The position numbers and the translations under genes were made by a program. From contig CBDCTJ010000007.1 of NCBI GenBank assembly GCA_965222115.1, positions 1,696,001-1,760,000 on the forward strand: DNA of 64,000 nt. Reading direction: 5' to 3'. Shown piece by piece: positions 1-8,768 of the stretch. Source of the DNA: Planctomycetota bacterium. GTDB taxonomy: Bacteria > Planctomycetota > PLA2 > JAEUHO01. The stretch's first letter is position 1. Each line of letters starts with the position of its first letter. The notes below the pieces were generated by a model. That model did not search any database. It worked only from the letters and a program-made list of their open reading frames with translations, and had not been told where the DNA came from.

Positions 1-128
1 GCCTTGGCTGGGGCCTTCTTCTTTGTCGCGGCATCATCCTTGGCCTGCGCGAACTGCGGTGAGGCAAGTGTCAGCAAGAGCGCGCCCAATGCAGCGATCG
101 CAATGCGTGAACGCAGATGTGAAATCAT
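1..128 (-). CDS. 5' part of a secreted protein (runs off the window start)
   Basis: Manual translation from ATG at 128: MISHLRSRIAIAALGALLLTLASPQFAQA-KDDAATKKKAPAK. Signal peptide ends in AQA; GGAGG RBS upstream. Confidence 0.75.
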   Translation of the reverse strand, partial: MISHLRSRIAIAALGALLLTLASPQFAQAKDDAATKKKAPAK

Positions 129-240
129 GACGAGCCTCCGTAGCAACGCGGGCAGCCTTTGACGCCCTTGGACAGTCTACCGCGCGTAGTGCACGCCGGG
201 TTTCAACACGTTGTGCGCGTTGTCGTCCTGCAACTCGAAC

Positions 241-1719
241 TCAAGAAGATGGGCTTTCGTCCCGCATGGCGGACAGCACGGAAACGACCACGGCCGGATC
301 GGCCCTTCCGCCCAAATTCTTCATGGTGGCGCCGATAAGGCGTCCTTTGGCCTTGTCCTGGCCACTGCAGTAGTCGGCCCACGCTTTCTCGTTGCTGGCA
401 ATCGCCTTACCGGCGGCTTCGCGAATGGCGCGCTCGTCGGAAACCTGACCGAGGCCTCGCGAGGCAACCAAGTTCTTGGGTGACTCGTTGGAGGTCACAA
501 TCTCGCGAAAAATGTTCTGCGCGGTTCGTCGGTTGATTGTGCCCGCATCGGTGAGATCCACGAGTTCGGCCAGCATTTCCGGGGCCAGCGCCACGTCATC
601 CAAGAGCACGTTCTCTTCCTTGATGTAGCGCAGAAGCTCACCACTCACCCAGTTGAAGATCGACTTGGCCGAGCGTTTGGTGCCGCCTGCCGTCAAGGCA
701 CGCTCGAACCAACTGGCGAGTGCGGGATCTGTCGTTAGCACGCCCGTTTCATACGCATCGAGTCCCAGTTCATCTTGATAGCGACGCTCTTTTGCGCGGG
801 GCAACTCGGGGAGCACCTTGCGCTCGCGCTCAACGATCTCGCGCGAAACAAACAGGGGCGGCACGTCGGGTTCGGGGAAATAGCGATAGTCGTCGGCCGA
901 TTCTTTGAAGCGTTGGTGAACGGTGGCTTCCTTGTCGTCGTCCCAACCGCGCGTGCTGCGAGGCGTGTTGGCCATCGTTTGGCCCTTGTCGTAATAGGCG
1001 TCTCGCTGCCGCTTCGCTTCGAACTCGATAGCTTGCTTCACATTTTGAACGGAGTTGATGTTTTTGACTTCAACAATGGGCGTCTTGTCGCCATTGTCAA
1101 AGACGAGGTTGACGTTGGGTTCGCAGCGTAAGTTGCCTTCCTGCATATTGCCGTCAGACGTGCCGATGTAGGCGACGATCTTTCGTAGTGCTTCCAGATA
1201 GGCCACCGCTTCGTCGGCGCTTGCAAGGTCGGGATGACTCACGATTTCGAGCAGGGGCGTGCCGGCACGATTCAGATCCACACGACTCTTGTCGCCACCT
1301 TCGTCGTGCGTGGACTTGCCAGTATCTTCTTCCAAGTGGGCGCGCTGAATGCGAATGTTCTTTGTCGAACCGTCGTCGCAATCAATCTCAATGCCGCCAT
1401 CCACACAGAGCGGCCTGTCGAGTTGACTGATCTGATAGCCCTTCGGAAGATCGGGATAGAAGTAGTGCTTGCGGTCCCACTTGGTGTGTTCGGCGATGTC
1501 ACAGCCCAACGCAAGTCCGGTGCGAATGGCTTGGCGTACCGCTTCCATATTCAGAACAGGCAATGCACCCGGCAGTCCCAGCACCACGGGATCGACCAAT
1601 GTGTTTGGGTCCGCGCCAAAGCGCGTGGGGCTTCCCGAAAAGCACTTGGTCTTCGTCTTGAGTTGAAGGTGGCACTCCATGCCCACAATGAGTCGACCGG
1701 GATCGCGTACGTCGTTCAT
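241..1719 (-). CDS. gatB: Asp/Glu-tRNA amidotransferase subunit B
   Basis: GMECHLQL, YFYPDLPKGYQISQ, RAHLEED, DYRYFPEPD motifs; follows gatC-gatA. Confidence 0.98.
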   Translation of the reverse strand: MNDVRDPGRLIVGMECHLQLKTKTKCFSGSPTRFGADPNTLVDPVVLGLPGALPVLNMEAVRQAIRTGLALGCDIAEHTKWDRKHYFYPDLPKGYQISQLDRPLCVDGGIEIDCDDGSTKNIRIQRAHLEEDTGKSTHDEGGDKSRVDLNRAGTPLLEIVSHPDLASADEAVAYLEALRKIVAYIGTSDGNMQEGNLRCEPNVNLVFDNGDKTPIVEVKNINSVQNVKQAIEFEAKRQRDAYYDKGQTMANTPRSTRGWDDDKEATVHQRFKESADDYRYFPEPDVPPLFVSREIVERERKVLPELPRAKERRYQDELGLDAYETGVLTTDPALASWFERALTAGGTKRSAKSIFNWVSGELLRYIKEENVLLDDVALAPEMLAELVDLTDAGTINRRTAQNIFREIVTSNESPKNLVASRGLGQVSDERAIREAAGKAIASNEKAWADYCSGQDKAKGRLIGATMKNLGGRADPAVVVSVLSAMRDESPSS

Positions 1720-3197
1720 GCCGTACCTCCCAGCGTTGGCGCCACATAGGCGCAGGCGGGTGAAGTGGCTTCCAGATAGCTAGCAAGCGCTAACAGTGTG
1801 TTCTCGCTGCCCTTTTTGCCCCACAGTTGTACGCCGAGTGGCAAGCCATCCTTGGATCGCCCCGCGGGAATGGAGATGACCGGCGTGCCGACGAGATTGG
1901 CAGCCACCGTATAGAGATCACAGAGATACATGGCGATCGGATCGTCGGCTTTCTCGCCCACGCGAAACGCAGGGCCGGGTGTGGTGGGGGTGATCAGGAC
2001 GTCCACGTCCTTAAAGACGTTTCGAAACGACTCGGCCATCGCGGCTCGCACGGCCATGGCACGTTTGTAGTAGGCGTCGGCATAGCCTGCGGAGAGCGCG
2101 AATGTGCCAAGCAAGATACGTCGCTTGACTTCGGTGCCGAATCCATCACTTCGGGAACGCGCGTAGAGTTCTTCGAGCGTGTTGCTTTCGCTGCGGGCGC
2201 CGTAGCGAACACCGTCAAAGCGGGCCAAGTTGCTTGATGCTTCCGCCGGCGCCACCACGTAGTAGATCGGAATGCCGGAGAGCAACAGGGGCAAGGAGAC
2301 GTTCTTGGTGGATGCTCCGCGCTCGATCAATAGGTCACGTGCTGCAGCGGCCGCGCGGCGTGCGCCCATGGATTCGTGGTTGTCCTGATCCTCAAATTCG
2401 CTCACGCGGCCAATGCGTAATGAACTGAGGAGTGTGTCGATATCCGCAACCGGGGCGTCGTCGAATGTGTGCGTAGTTCGATCGTACGTGTCGGGGCCCT
2501 GGATCACCTGCTGCAACGCGCGCGCGTCATCCACATAGCGCGTCATGGGTCCGATTTGATCCAAACTCGATCCAAATGCCACAAGTCCATTGCGTGACAC
2601 GCGGCCGTATGTGGGTTTCAGTCCCACAATGCCGCAAAGCGCAGCGGGTTGGCGAATGCTCCCACCCGTGTCGCTACCAAACGCAAGCGGGACCAAGCCC
2701 GCCGCCACGGCCGCTGCGCTACCGCCCGACGATCCGCCCGGGACACATGCCGGGTCATACGGATTTCTACTGGCGCCAAATGCTGAGTGCTCCGTGGATG
2801 AACCCATGGCGAACTCATCGAGATTGGTCTTTCCAACAATGCACGCGCCCGCGCGTTCCACGCGCGATACACACGTCGCATCGCGTGGCGCGACATAGTC
2901 ACCCAGAATCTTAGATCCACACGTCAAGCGCTCGCCCGCCACCGTAATGTTGTCCTTGACGCCGATGGGAATGCCGGCCAGCGAACCGGGATCTTCGCCC
3001 TTGGCGACTTGTGTATCGACGTGGGCGGCTTGGGCAAATGCACGTTCTTTGGTTGTGAACAGGAATGCGTTCAATGCATCGTTGTGCTCTTCAATGCGCC
3101 GGAGACTCTCTTCCACGAGCTGTGTTGCCGTGAGGTCATCGTTTGGATCGCGGACGCGTGCCGCGGTATCGCGAATGGGGGCGTCTAGTGGATGCAC
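1716..3197 (-). CDS. gatA: Asp/Glu-tRNA amidotransferase subunit A
   Basis: Amidase signature GKTNLDEFAMGSSTE, GGSSGGS, GSDTGGSIRQPA. Start moved to GTG 3197, just after the gatC stop, with a GAGGAGG RBS. 4-bp overlap with gatB. Confidence 0.97.
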   Translation of the reverse strand: MHPLDAPIRDTAARVRDPNDDLTATQLVEESLRRIEEHNDALNAFLFTTKERAFAQAAHVDTQVAKGEDPGSLAGIPIGVKDNITVAGERLTCGSKILGDYVAPRDATCVSRVERAGACIVGKTNLDEFAMGSSTEHSAFGASRNPYDPACVPGGSSGGSAAAVAAGLVPLAFGSDTGGSIRQPAALCGIVGLKPTYGRVSRNGLVAFGSSLDQIGPMTRYVDDARALQQVIQGPDTYDRTTHTFDDAPVADIDTLLSSLRIGRVSEFEDQDNHESMGARRAAAAARDLLIERGASTKNVSLPLLLSGIPIYYVVAPAEASSNLARFDGVRYGARSESNTLEELYARSRSDGFGTEVKRRILLGTFALSAGYADAYYKRAMAVRAAMAESFRNVFKDVDVLITPTTPGPAFRVGEKADDPIAMYLCDLYTVAANLVGTPVISIPAGRSKDGLPLGVQLWGKKGSENTLLALASYLEATSPACAYVAPTLGGTA

Positions 3198-3198
3198 G

Positions 3199-3507
3199 TT
3201 ACGCCTCCTCGCCGTCAAAGAAGCGCGGCACCACAATGAACGCGCCATCGTTTTGCGGCGCGTTGGTCATGGTCTGCTTCAGGGGGAGGGTTGGCCCCGG
3301 TTCGTCGGCGCGCAGATCGTCGAAGTTCACATGGCCAACAACCGCTTCATCTGTCTGCCCGTCGAGTTCAGGAATCTGATCGAGGTACTCAAGGATGCGT
3401 GCGAACTGCTTGGTTATGCCCGGCACTTCATCGTCGCTCAGTTGGAGGCGCGCAAGGTTCGCCACGTGACGAACCAGATCGTCATCTACATCAATCGAAT
3501 CGCTCAT
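3199..3507 (-). CDS. gatC: Asp/Glu-tRNA amidotransferase subunit C
   Basis: VRHVANLARL...LRADE...NAP...FIVVP pattern, directly upstream of gatA; ATG 3507 chosen as start. Confidence 0.93.
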   Translation of the reverse strand: MSDSIDVDDDLVRHVANLARLQLSDDEVPGITKQFARILEYLDQIPELDGQTDEAVVGHVNFDDLRADEPGPTLPLKQTMTNAPQNDGAFIVVPRFFDGEEA

Positions 3508-3535
3508 GGGGTGGGGGCTCCCGCATCGCGTCGAG

Positions 3536-4612
3536 TTAGCGGTCGTCGGCCTGAAATGCCAACTGACCGCATGCCGCGTCGATGTCTTCACCTCGTTGTG
3601 TGCGCAGCGTTACCGAGACTCCGTCTTCGCGCAAGTCGCGCGCGAAGGCATCGCACACCTGTCGACTGGGCGCCTCCAGGTCGGGACGATGGGACACCGG
3701 ATTGAAGGGAATCAGATTCACATGGATATGGCGACCACGAATCCGTCGCGCGAGATCGCGGGCGTGGTGCGGTGCGTCATTTATGCCTGCAATCAATACG
3801 TATTCCACGGTGGCGTCGCGCCCCGTGCGGCGGGCGTAGCGCGCGGCGGCGTCGATCAGACCCTTTACACGACCGGATGGTGAGCCGGGCACCAACGCCG
3901 CGCGCGTATCGTCATCGGGGGCGTGCAGCGACACGGCGATATGCACGCCGAGGTCGCGATCCGCAAGTCGATCGATGCGAACGGGTGTGCTGGCGGCCGA
4001 GACCGTGATGCGTCGCGGCGAGAAGTTCAACCCCTTCTCGTGCGTCCAAAGTGCGATGGCGCAGGCGAGGTTTTCAAGGTTGAGTAGTGGCTCGCCCATA
4101 CCCATCATGACGATGTTGGTGGGTCGCGTCTTTAGGTGACGCTGGACATGGAGTAGCGGTTCTACGATTTCGGACACAGTCAAATTGCGAATCAGCCCTT
4201 TGACGCCGGACGCGCAAAACACGCATCGAATGGGGCAGCCAACTTGCGATGAGATACACACCGTGTTGCGCTTGCCTTCAGGAATGAGCACGGCCTCCAC
4301 ACGTTGCCCGTCGGCAAGCGTGAATAGGAATTTGGTCGTCCCATCTTTGGATTCTTGCACTTGGGTCAATGCAGTTGCTGGAGGCAGCACTTCGCGGCTC
4401 AATGTTTCGCGAAACGCAAGCGGCAGCGTGGTGATTTCGTTTGGATGCAACGCACCGTGTCGGTGAACGGCCTCGAAAACTTGCCCCGCGCGAAAACGAG
4501 GTTGGCCCAGTCGCGTGACGAGCTCCGTCAGGGCACCGAGTGAGAGGCCTGCCAAGCTTTCGGAGGGAGGCAATGCCGCCTTGGTATCGGGCGCTGTTGG
4601 CTTGTTTGACAC
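3536..4612 (-). CDS. rlmN: 23S rRNA/tRNA m2A radical-SAM methyltransferase
   Basis: CISSQVGCPIRCVFC (CxxxCxxC), MGMGEP, C-terminal IDAACGQL. Confidence 0.95.
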   Translation of the reverse strand: MSNKPTAPDTKAALPPSESLAGLSLGALTELVTRLGQPRFRAGQVFEAVHRHGALHPNEITTLPLAFRETLSREVLPPATALTQVQESKDGTTKFLFTLADGQRVEAVLIPEGKRNTVCISSQVGCPIRCVFCASGVKGLIRNLTVSEIVEPLLHVQRHLKTRPTNIVMMGMGEPLLNLENLACAIALWTHEKGLNFSPRRITVSAASTPVRIDRLADRDLGVHIAVSLHAPDDDTRAALVPGSPSGRVKGLIDAAARYARRTGRDATVEYVLIAGINDAPHHARDLARRIRGRHIHVNLIPFNPVSHRPDLEAPSRQVCDAFARDLREDGVSVTLRTQRGEDIDAACGQLAFQADDR

Positions 4613-4627
4613 GGGCGTTGACTCGAC

Positions 4628-5944
4628 TTACGAGCCGGTCTTGCGACGAGACGAAATGCGCTTGACGCGTTCCTTACCTTCGACGGCTTCACGCGTAACG
4701 CGGAAATGGGTGCCGGGCGGGCACTCGGGCAAGTCAAACATCGTTTCCAACAAGAGATCTTCGAGTATGGAACGCAGGGCGCGCACGCCGGTGTCGCGTG
4801 TCTGGGCCTGCTCGGCGATGAGCAGCAACGCGTCGTCGTCAAACTCAATGCTCGCGTCTTCGAATGAAAACATTTGCTCGTATTGCTTGATGAGTGCATT
4901 CTTGGGTTCGCGCAACACACGCACAAGGTCGGCACGGGTGAGCGGCTCAAGCGTGGTGAGCACCGGCAGGCGACCCACAAACTCGGGAATCATGCCAAAC
5001 TCGATCAAGTCGTGGGGCTCGGCATGTTTCAAGAGGCGCGCGCGCTCTTGGGCCTCGCGTTCTTGGTTCTCGACCACGGTGCCGCCGCGGCCAAAGCCAA
5101 TCAGGCTGGTACCCATGCGCTTGGCCACGATGTCTTCCAAGCCGGAAAACGCACCGCCACAGATGAACAGAATGTTGAGCGTGTTGAGTTGGATGTACTG
5201 CTGCTCGGGATGTTTGCGACCGCCTTGCGGAGGGACGTTGGCTACCGTCCCTTCCATAATCTTGAGCAGTGCTTGCTGCACGCCTTCGCCACTCACGTCG
5301 CGTGTGATGGAAGGATTCTGCGACGTGCGATTGATCTTGTCGATTTCGTCGATGTAGATAATGCCGTATTCAGCGCGCTCGCGATTGAAGTCGGTGGCCT
5401 GCAAGAGCTTGAGGAGAATGTTCTCGACGTCTTCGCCGACGTAGCCGGCTTCGGTCAACGTGGTGGCGTCGGCAATGGCGAACGGCACATCGAGAATGCG
5501 CGCGAGCGTGCGTGCAAGCAGTGTCTTGCCACTGCCGGTGGGTCCCACCATCAAGATGTTGGACTTATCGAGTTCAATGTCGGTGGACTCGGAGCTTAAC
5601 GCTCGACGGTAGTGGTTATAGACCGCAACGGCGAGCGTCTTCTTCGCGCGATCTTGGCCGATCACGTATTCATCGAGGTGTTCTAAGATTTCGCGCGGCT
5701 TCTTGAGATCGGCTTCGCTCCATGGAAGCGAGGAAGGTCCCGTGCCACCCGCAGCGCGTTTGCCCGAACGTGGCGACGGCGAGCGGCCATCGCGCTTCAT
5801 TTCTTCAATGAGGATGGTGTTGCAGAGTTCTACGCACTCATTGCAGATGTTGATCCCGGGCGGACCGGCAATCAGGCTCTCGACGTGGTTGCGGCCTTTG
5901 CCACAAAACGTACACTTTTCAATGGAACCTCGACGCGAGGTCAT
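4628..5944 (-). CDS. clpX: ATP-dependent Clp protease ATP-binding subunit ClpX
   Basis: C4 zinc finger (CTFC...CNEC), Walker [34 protein letters not shown] loop. ATG 5944 has a GGAG RBS. Confidence 0.98.
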   Translation of the reverse strand: MTSRRGSIEKCTFCGKGRNHVESLIAGPPGINICNECVELCNTILIEEMKRDGRSPSPRSGKRAAGGTGPSSLPWSEADLKKPREILEHLDEYVIGQDRAKKTLAVAVYNHYRRALSSESTDIELDKSNILMVGPTGSGKTLLARTLARILDVPFAIADATTLTEAGYVGEDVENILLKLLQATDFNRERAEYGIIYIDEIDKINRTSQNPSITRDVSGEGVQQALLKIMEGTVANVPPQGGRKHPEQQYIQLNTLNILFICGGAFSGLEDIVAKRMGTSLIGFGRGGTVVENQEREAQERARLLKHAEPHDLIEFGMIPEFVGRLPVLTTLEPLTRADLVRVLREPKNALIKQYEQMFSFEDASIEFDDDALLLIAEQAQTRDTGVRALRSILEDLLLETMFDLPECPPGTHFRVTREAVEGKERVKRISSRRKTGS

Positions 5945-6012
5945 GGGCGACTCCAAGCACGGTACTCTGCGCCCGCGTGGCCGTCCTTCTCAAATGAAGG
6001 CGCGCAGCGAAA

Positions 6013-6032
6013 GCCCGACGGTCCTAGTCTAG
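6013..6032 (+). repeat. Left copy of a 20-bp imperfect direct repeat bounding the kinase/ankyrin cassette
   Basis: GCCCGACGGTCCTAGTCTAG matches 15079-15098 (GCCCGTCGAGCATAGTCTAG) at 16/20, including an identical TAGTCTAG. Confidence 0.55.
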
Positions 6033-6329
6033 CCGATCACGACGGTCGGGGAACCCCGCACTTCGGGCTTCTCCGTTGGCTCTGTTTGTCCCATTTCTCG
6101 GTCGTCCGTTCGATTGCGAGCGTTGATTCCCGTGCGCGGCGTCGATCCGCTGCAGCGTTGCTCTGCGTAAGGCGAATCTCCTTGCCACGGTCTTCGAACC
6201 ATGAGAAGAGGGATATCTCGGGCCTGGGGTCCGCTGGACGGGCGCTGCCGGAGCGCAACGATAGCTTCGTTTTTACGTGTGAGGCGTGGGAAGAAGCGAT
6301 TTAATAGTCCTGAGAGAGGAGGTTCGTTG

Positions 6330-8765
6330 ATGGACACTCCGGAAGACGCGCCCCATCTCGGTTATCTCGGCCAGACCTTTGGAGGCCGTTTTCGAGCGGC
6401 CCGCTCCATCCCTAGCAGGCTTCCCGGGCTCACGTTTCGCGCGCAGGACTTGGAGCTGCGTCGAATGTGCACACTGTTCGTACTGCCGATATCAGAATCG
6501 GCACCTGAGGGAACCGCTCACGAAGTAATCGATGCTGCGCGCACGGGAGATGCAGCGAGACACGCCCACATTGCAGCGACGCTCGCCTTTGGTCTCACCG
6601 ACGGTGGGAATGCGATGTACTACGCCATCGACGTGACAAGGCCGCTCGCATTCCGGTCACTTCTGCTTCGGCAAGACGCCGCACTGATTGGAAGACGCTT
6701 TCCGCGCTGGCTCGCATCTCTCGCTCAATGCCTGCACACGATTCACAAGCGGAAGGCGATTTACGGTACGCTTCGCACGGCGAGCCTGTTCTTTGATACT
6801 CAAGGAACGCCGCAGCTTGCGCCCGTTGGGCTCATGAATTCGATCAGCGAATTGTCGGCGTTAGATCCTCGTTTTCGGTCCCAAGAAATCGGATCAGCGA
6901 CTGAGGCGCCCGAATTGGCCGACGATGGGCGCGCACCAACACCCAAATCGGATCAGTACAGCGTTGCTTCGATTGGCGCGCTGGCTGCTTCAAGGCTCTA
7001 CGACGCAAAGTTCGATGCCAGCAGCGCGCTGGCAAGTCGCCGACACATCCGGCGCGCAACGCCGAAGTGGTTATGGAAGACCGAACTGGGCAAAGTCTTG
7101 GATCGCGCGACTGCATTGCGTCCAGGGCAAAGGTATAGAACGTGTGAACAGTTTGCAGCTGCGATTGACCGTGTGCAGGACGTACCGATCGAAGCGCCAA
7201 GATTCTTGAGTCGTTCCTTGGTTGCCTCAGGTGCAGGCGTGGGCGCAGTCGTTGCTGCGGCAGTGTTCTTCGCCCTTCGCGAAGGGCCAAGTGAGCGGAC
7301 GGAGCCCGAGACGCTTGAAACTCATCAAGAGCCTTTGCTGCGTATCTACCCCGAATCCATGACCAAGGCGGAGGCTGATCGACTCTTGGTCGACAGTGTC
7401 CGATCCTCCGATCCCGCGGGAGTCCGTTGGGCCGCCGACCGTGGTGCCTCGATTGAGGGAAAGACGATTTCCTCTGTGCCTCTCCTACACTTTGCAGCTC
7501 GGCATGGGACGTCGTCGCTCATAAACGCACTCATCGACGTCGGTGCCCCGATAAACGAGACCGCCGATGCCAGTTTGTTGTTTCGTGAAGTGAGATTTAC
7601 TGAGGCAACGCCACTTCATATTGCATCACTTAGCGGGCGTGGAGAGCGCGTGAAGGCGCTGATCGCGAAGGGTGCGGACATGGCGGCGCGTTGTGAGTTT
7701 GTTGATGAAGGGTTTCTGCATGCGGAGGCCGTCCTGGAGGGAAGGGAAGGTCGCTCTGGGTGGTGGGTTCGCGGTGCGCACCCTCTGCACCTGGCCGCAA
7801 TGGCCGACGATTCTTCCGCGCTGCATGCGCTCTTTGAGGCGAGACCGAACATGTCGCCAGACATTCGCTGTGCAGACGATGATACGCCGCTGCATTGCGC
7901 GGCAGCCTATGATCGAGCGGGCAACGCGGGTGCGCTACTGGAGCGCGATGCGTCTCCTCACATCAAGCACGTCGCGGGATTGACACCTATGACGGAGGCG
8001 ATTGCCGCCGGTGCAACTTCTGTACTCGATGTCATGCGGCGTCACCATCCAGACGTTCTGACTCATGCTGACGATGACAGCGATGGAATGTTGCCCATTC
8101 ACTATGCCGTCTACTTAGGAAAGCTTGACGTCGTAAGGTACCTTGTACGAGTTGGAGTAAGCGTAGAGCAGCAAGACGCGCGCATGCACACGCCTCTCGT
8201 GTACGCACTGTGGCACGAGAGGACCGACGTAGCAGATTGGCTGATCACAAGTGGCGCAGACTTGCGAGTGCGTGTGCATGATGGCTGGTCTCTCTTCGAT
8301 GAAGTAGTCAACTACAAGAGCTTGGGGGGGCTTAAGTGGTTGCTAAAACAAGATGTCGAGGATCTTATTGACAGTGCGGCGAGCGATGGTCTAAGGCCCG
8401 TCGAACGGGCGGTTGCGTTGAAACAGTCCCGATTCGTGTCGTTGCTATTGGCTTCGGGCGCCAGTCCAGAGGGTCGGCCCGGCGTTCAGACACCTCCTTT
8501 GCATTGGGCAGCGGCGAACGGGGACGTAGAAACGCTCAAGGTGTTGCTCAAGCACCATCCCGACGTCAACGAGATCGGGGCCGAAGACAAGTCGACGGCT
8601 CTTCATTTTGCCGTGAACAGGGGCATGCTGTCTGCTGTGACGATCCTCCTCCGCGCAGGGGCATCCGTCTCGGTTAAGAACAAGCACGGTACAACACCCA
8701 TGGACATGGCGACCTCCATCGGGCGATTGGACATACTGAGCAAACTAAGAGAGTCTGAAAAATGA
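6330..8765 (+). CDS. Pseudokinase - transmembrane helix - ankyrin-repeat protein
   Basis: AGGAGG RBS before ATG 6330. Kinase-like N-terminus keeps APE and SDQYS but has HRD->YGT, DFG->PVG and no Gly-loop or catalytic Lys. TM AGVGAVVAAAVFFAL. Many ankyrin motifs (TPLHIAS, TPLHCAA, LPIHYAV, PPLHWAA, TALHFAV). Confidence 0.85.
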   Translation: MDTPEDAPHLGYLGQTFGGRFRAARSIPSRLPGLTFRAQDLELRRMCTLFVLPISESAPEGTAHEVIDAARTGDAARHAHIAATLAFGLTDGGNAMYYAIDVTRPLAFRSLLLRQDAALIGRRFPRWLASLAQCLHTIHKRKAIYGTLRTASLFFDTQGTPQLAPVGLMNSISELSALDPRFRSQEIGSATEAPELADDGRAPTPKSDQYSVASIGALAASRLYDAKFDASSALASRRHIRRATPKWLWKTELGKVLDRATALRPGQRYRTCEQFAAAIDRVQDVPIEAPRFLSRSLVASGAGVGAVVAAAVFFALREGPSERTEPETLETHQEPLLRIYPESMTKAEADRLLVDSVRSSDPAGVRWAADRGASIEGKTISSVPLLHFAARHGTSSLINALIDVGAPINETADASLLFREVRFTEATPLHIASLSGRGERVKALIAKGADMAARCEFVDEGFLHAEAVLEGREGRSGWWVRGAHPLHLAAMADDSSALHALFEARPNMSPDIRCADDDTPLHCAAAYDRAGNAGALLERDASPHIKHVAGLTPMTEAIAAGATSVLDVMRRHHPDVLTHADDDSDGMLPIHYAVYLGKLDVVRYLVRVGVSVEQQDARMHTPLVYALWHERTDVADWLITSGADLRVRVHDGWSLFDEVVNYKSLGGLKWLLKQDVEDLIDSAASDGLRPVERAVALKQSRFVSLLLASGASPEGRPGVQTPPLHWAAANGDVETLKVLLKHHPDVNEIGAEDKSTALHFAVNRGMLSAVTILLRAGASVSVKNKHGTTPMDMATSIGRLDILSKLRESEK

Positions 8766-8768
8766 CAT

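Noticed and set aside
3198-3591. Longer starts for gatA (3248) and gatC (3591)
   Set aside because: They overlap upstream genes; shorter starts fit family lengths and, for gatA, an RBS.
5960-6329. Small ORFs between clpX and the pseudokinase gene
   Set aside because: No motifs or convincing RBS; the region is better explained as a divergent promoter and cassette boundary.
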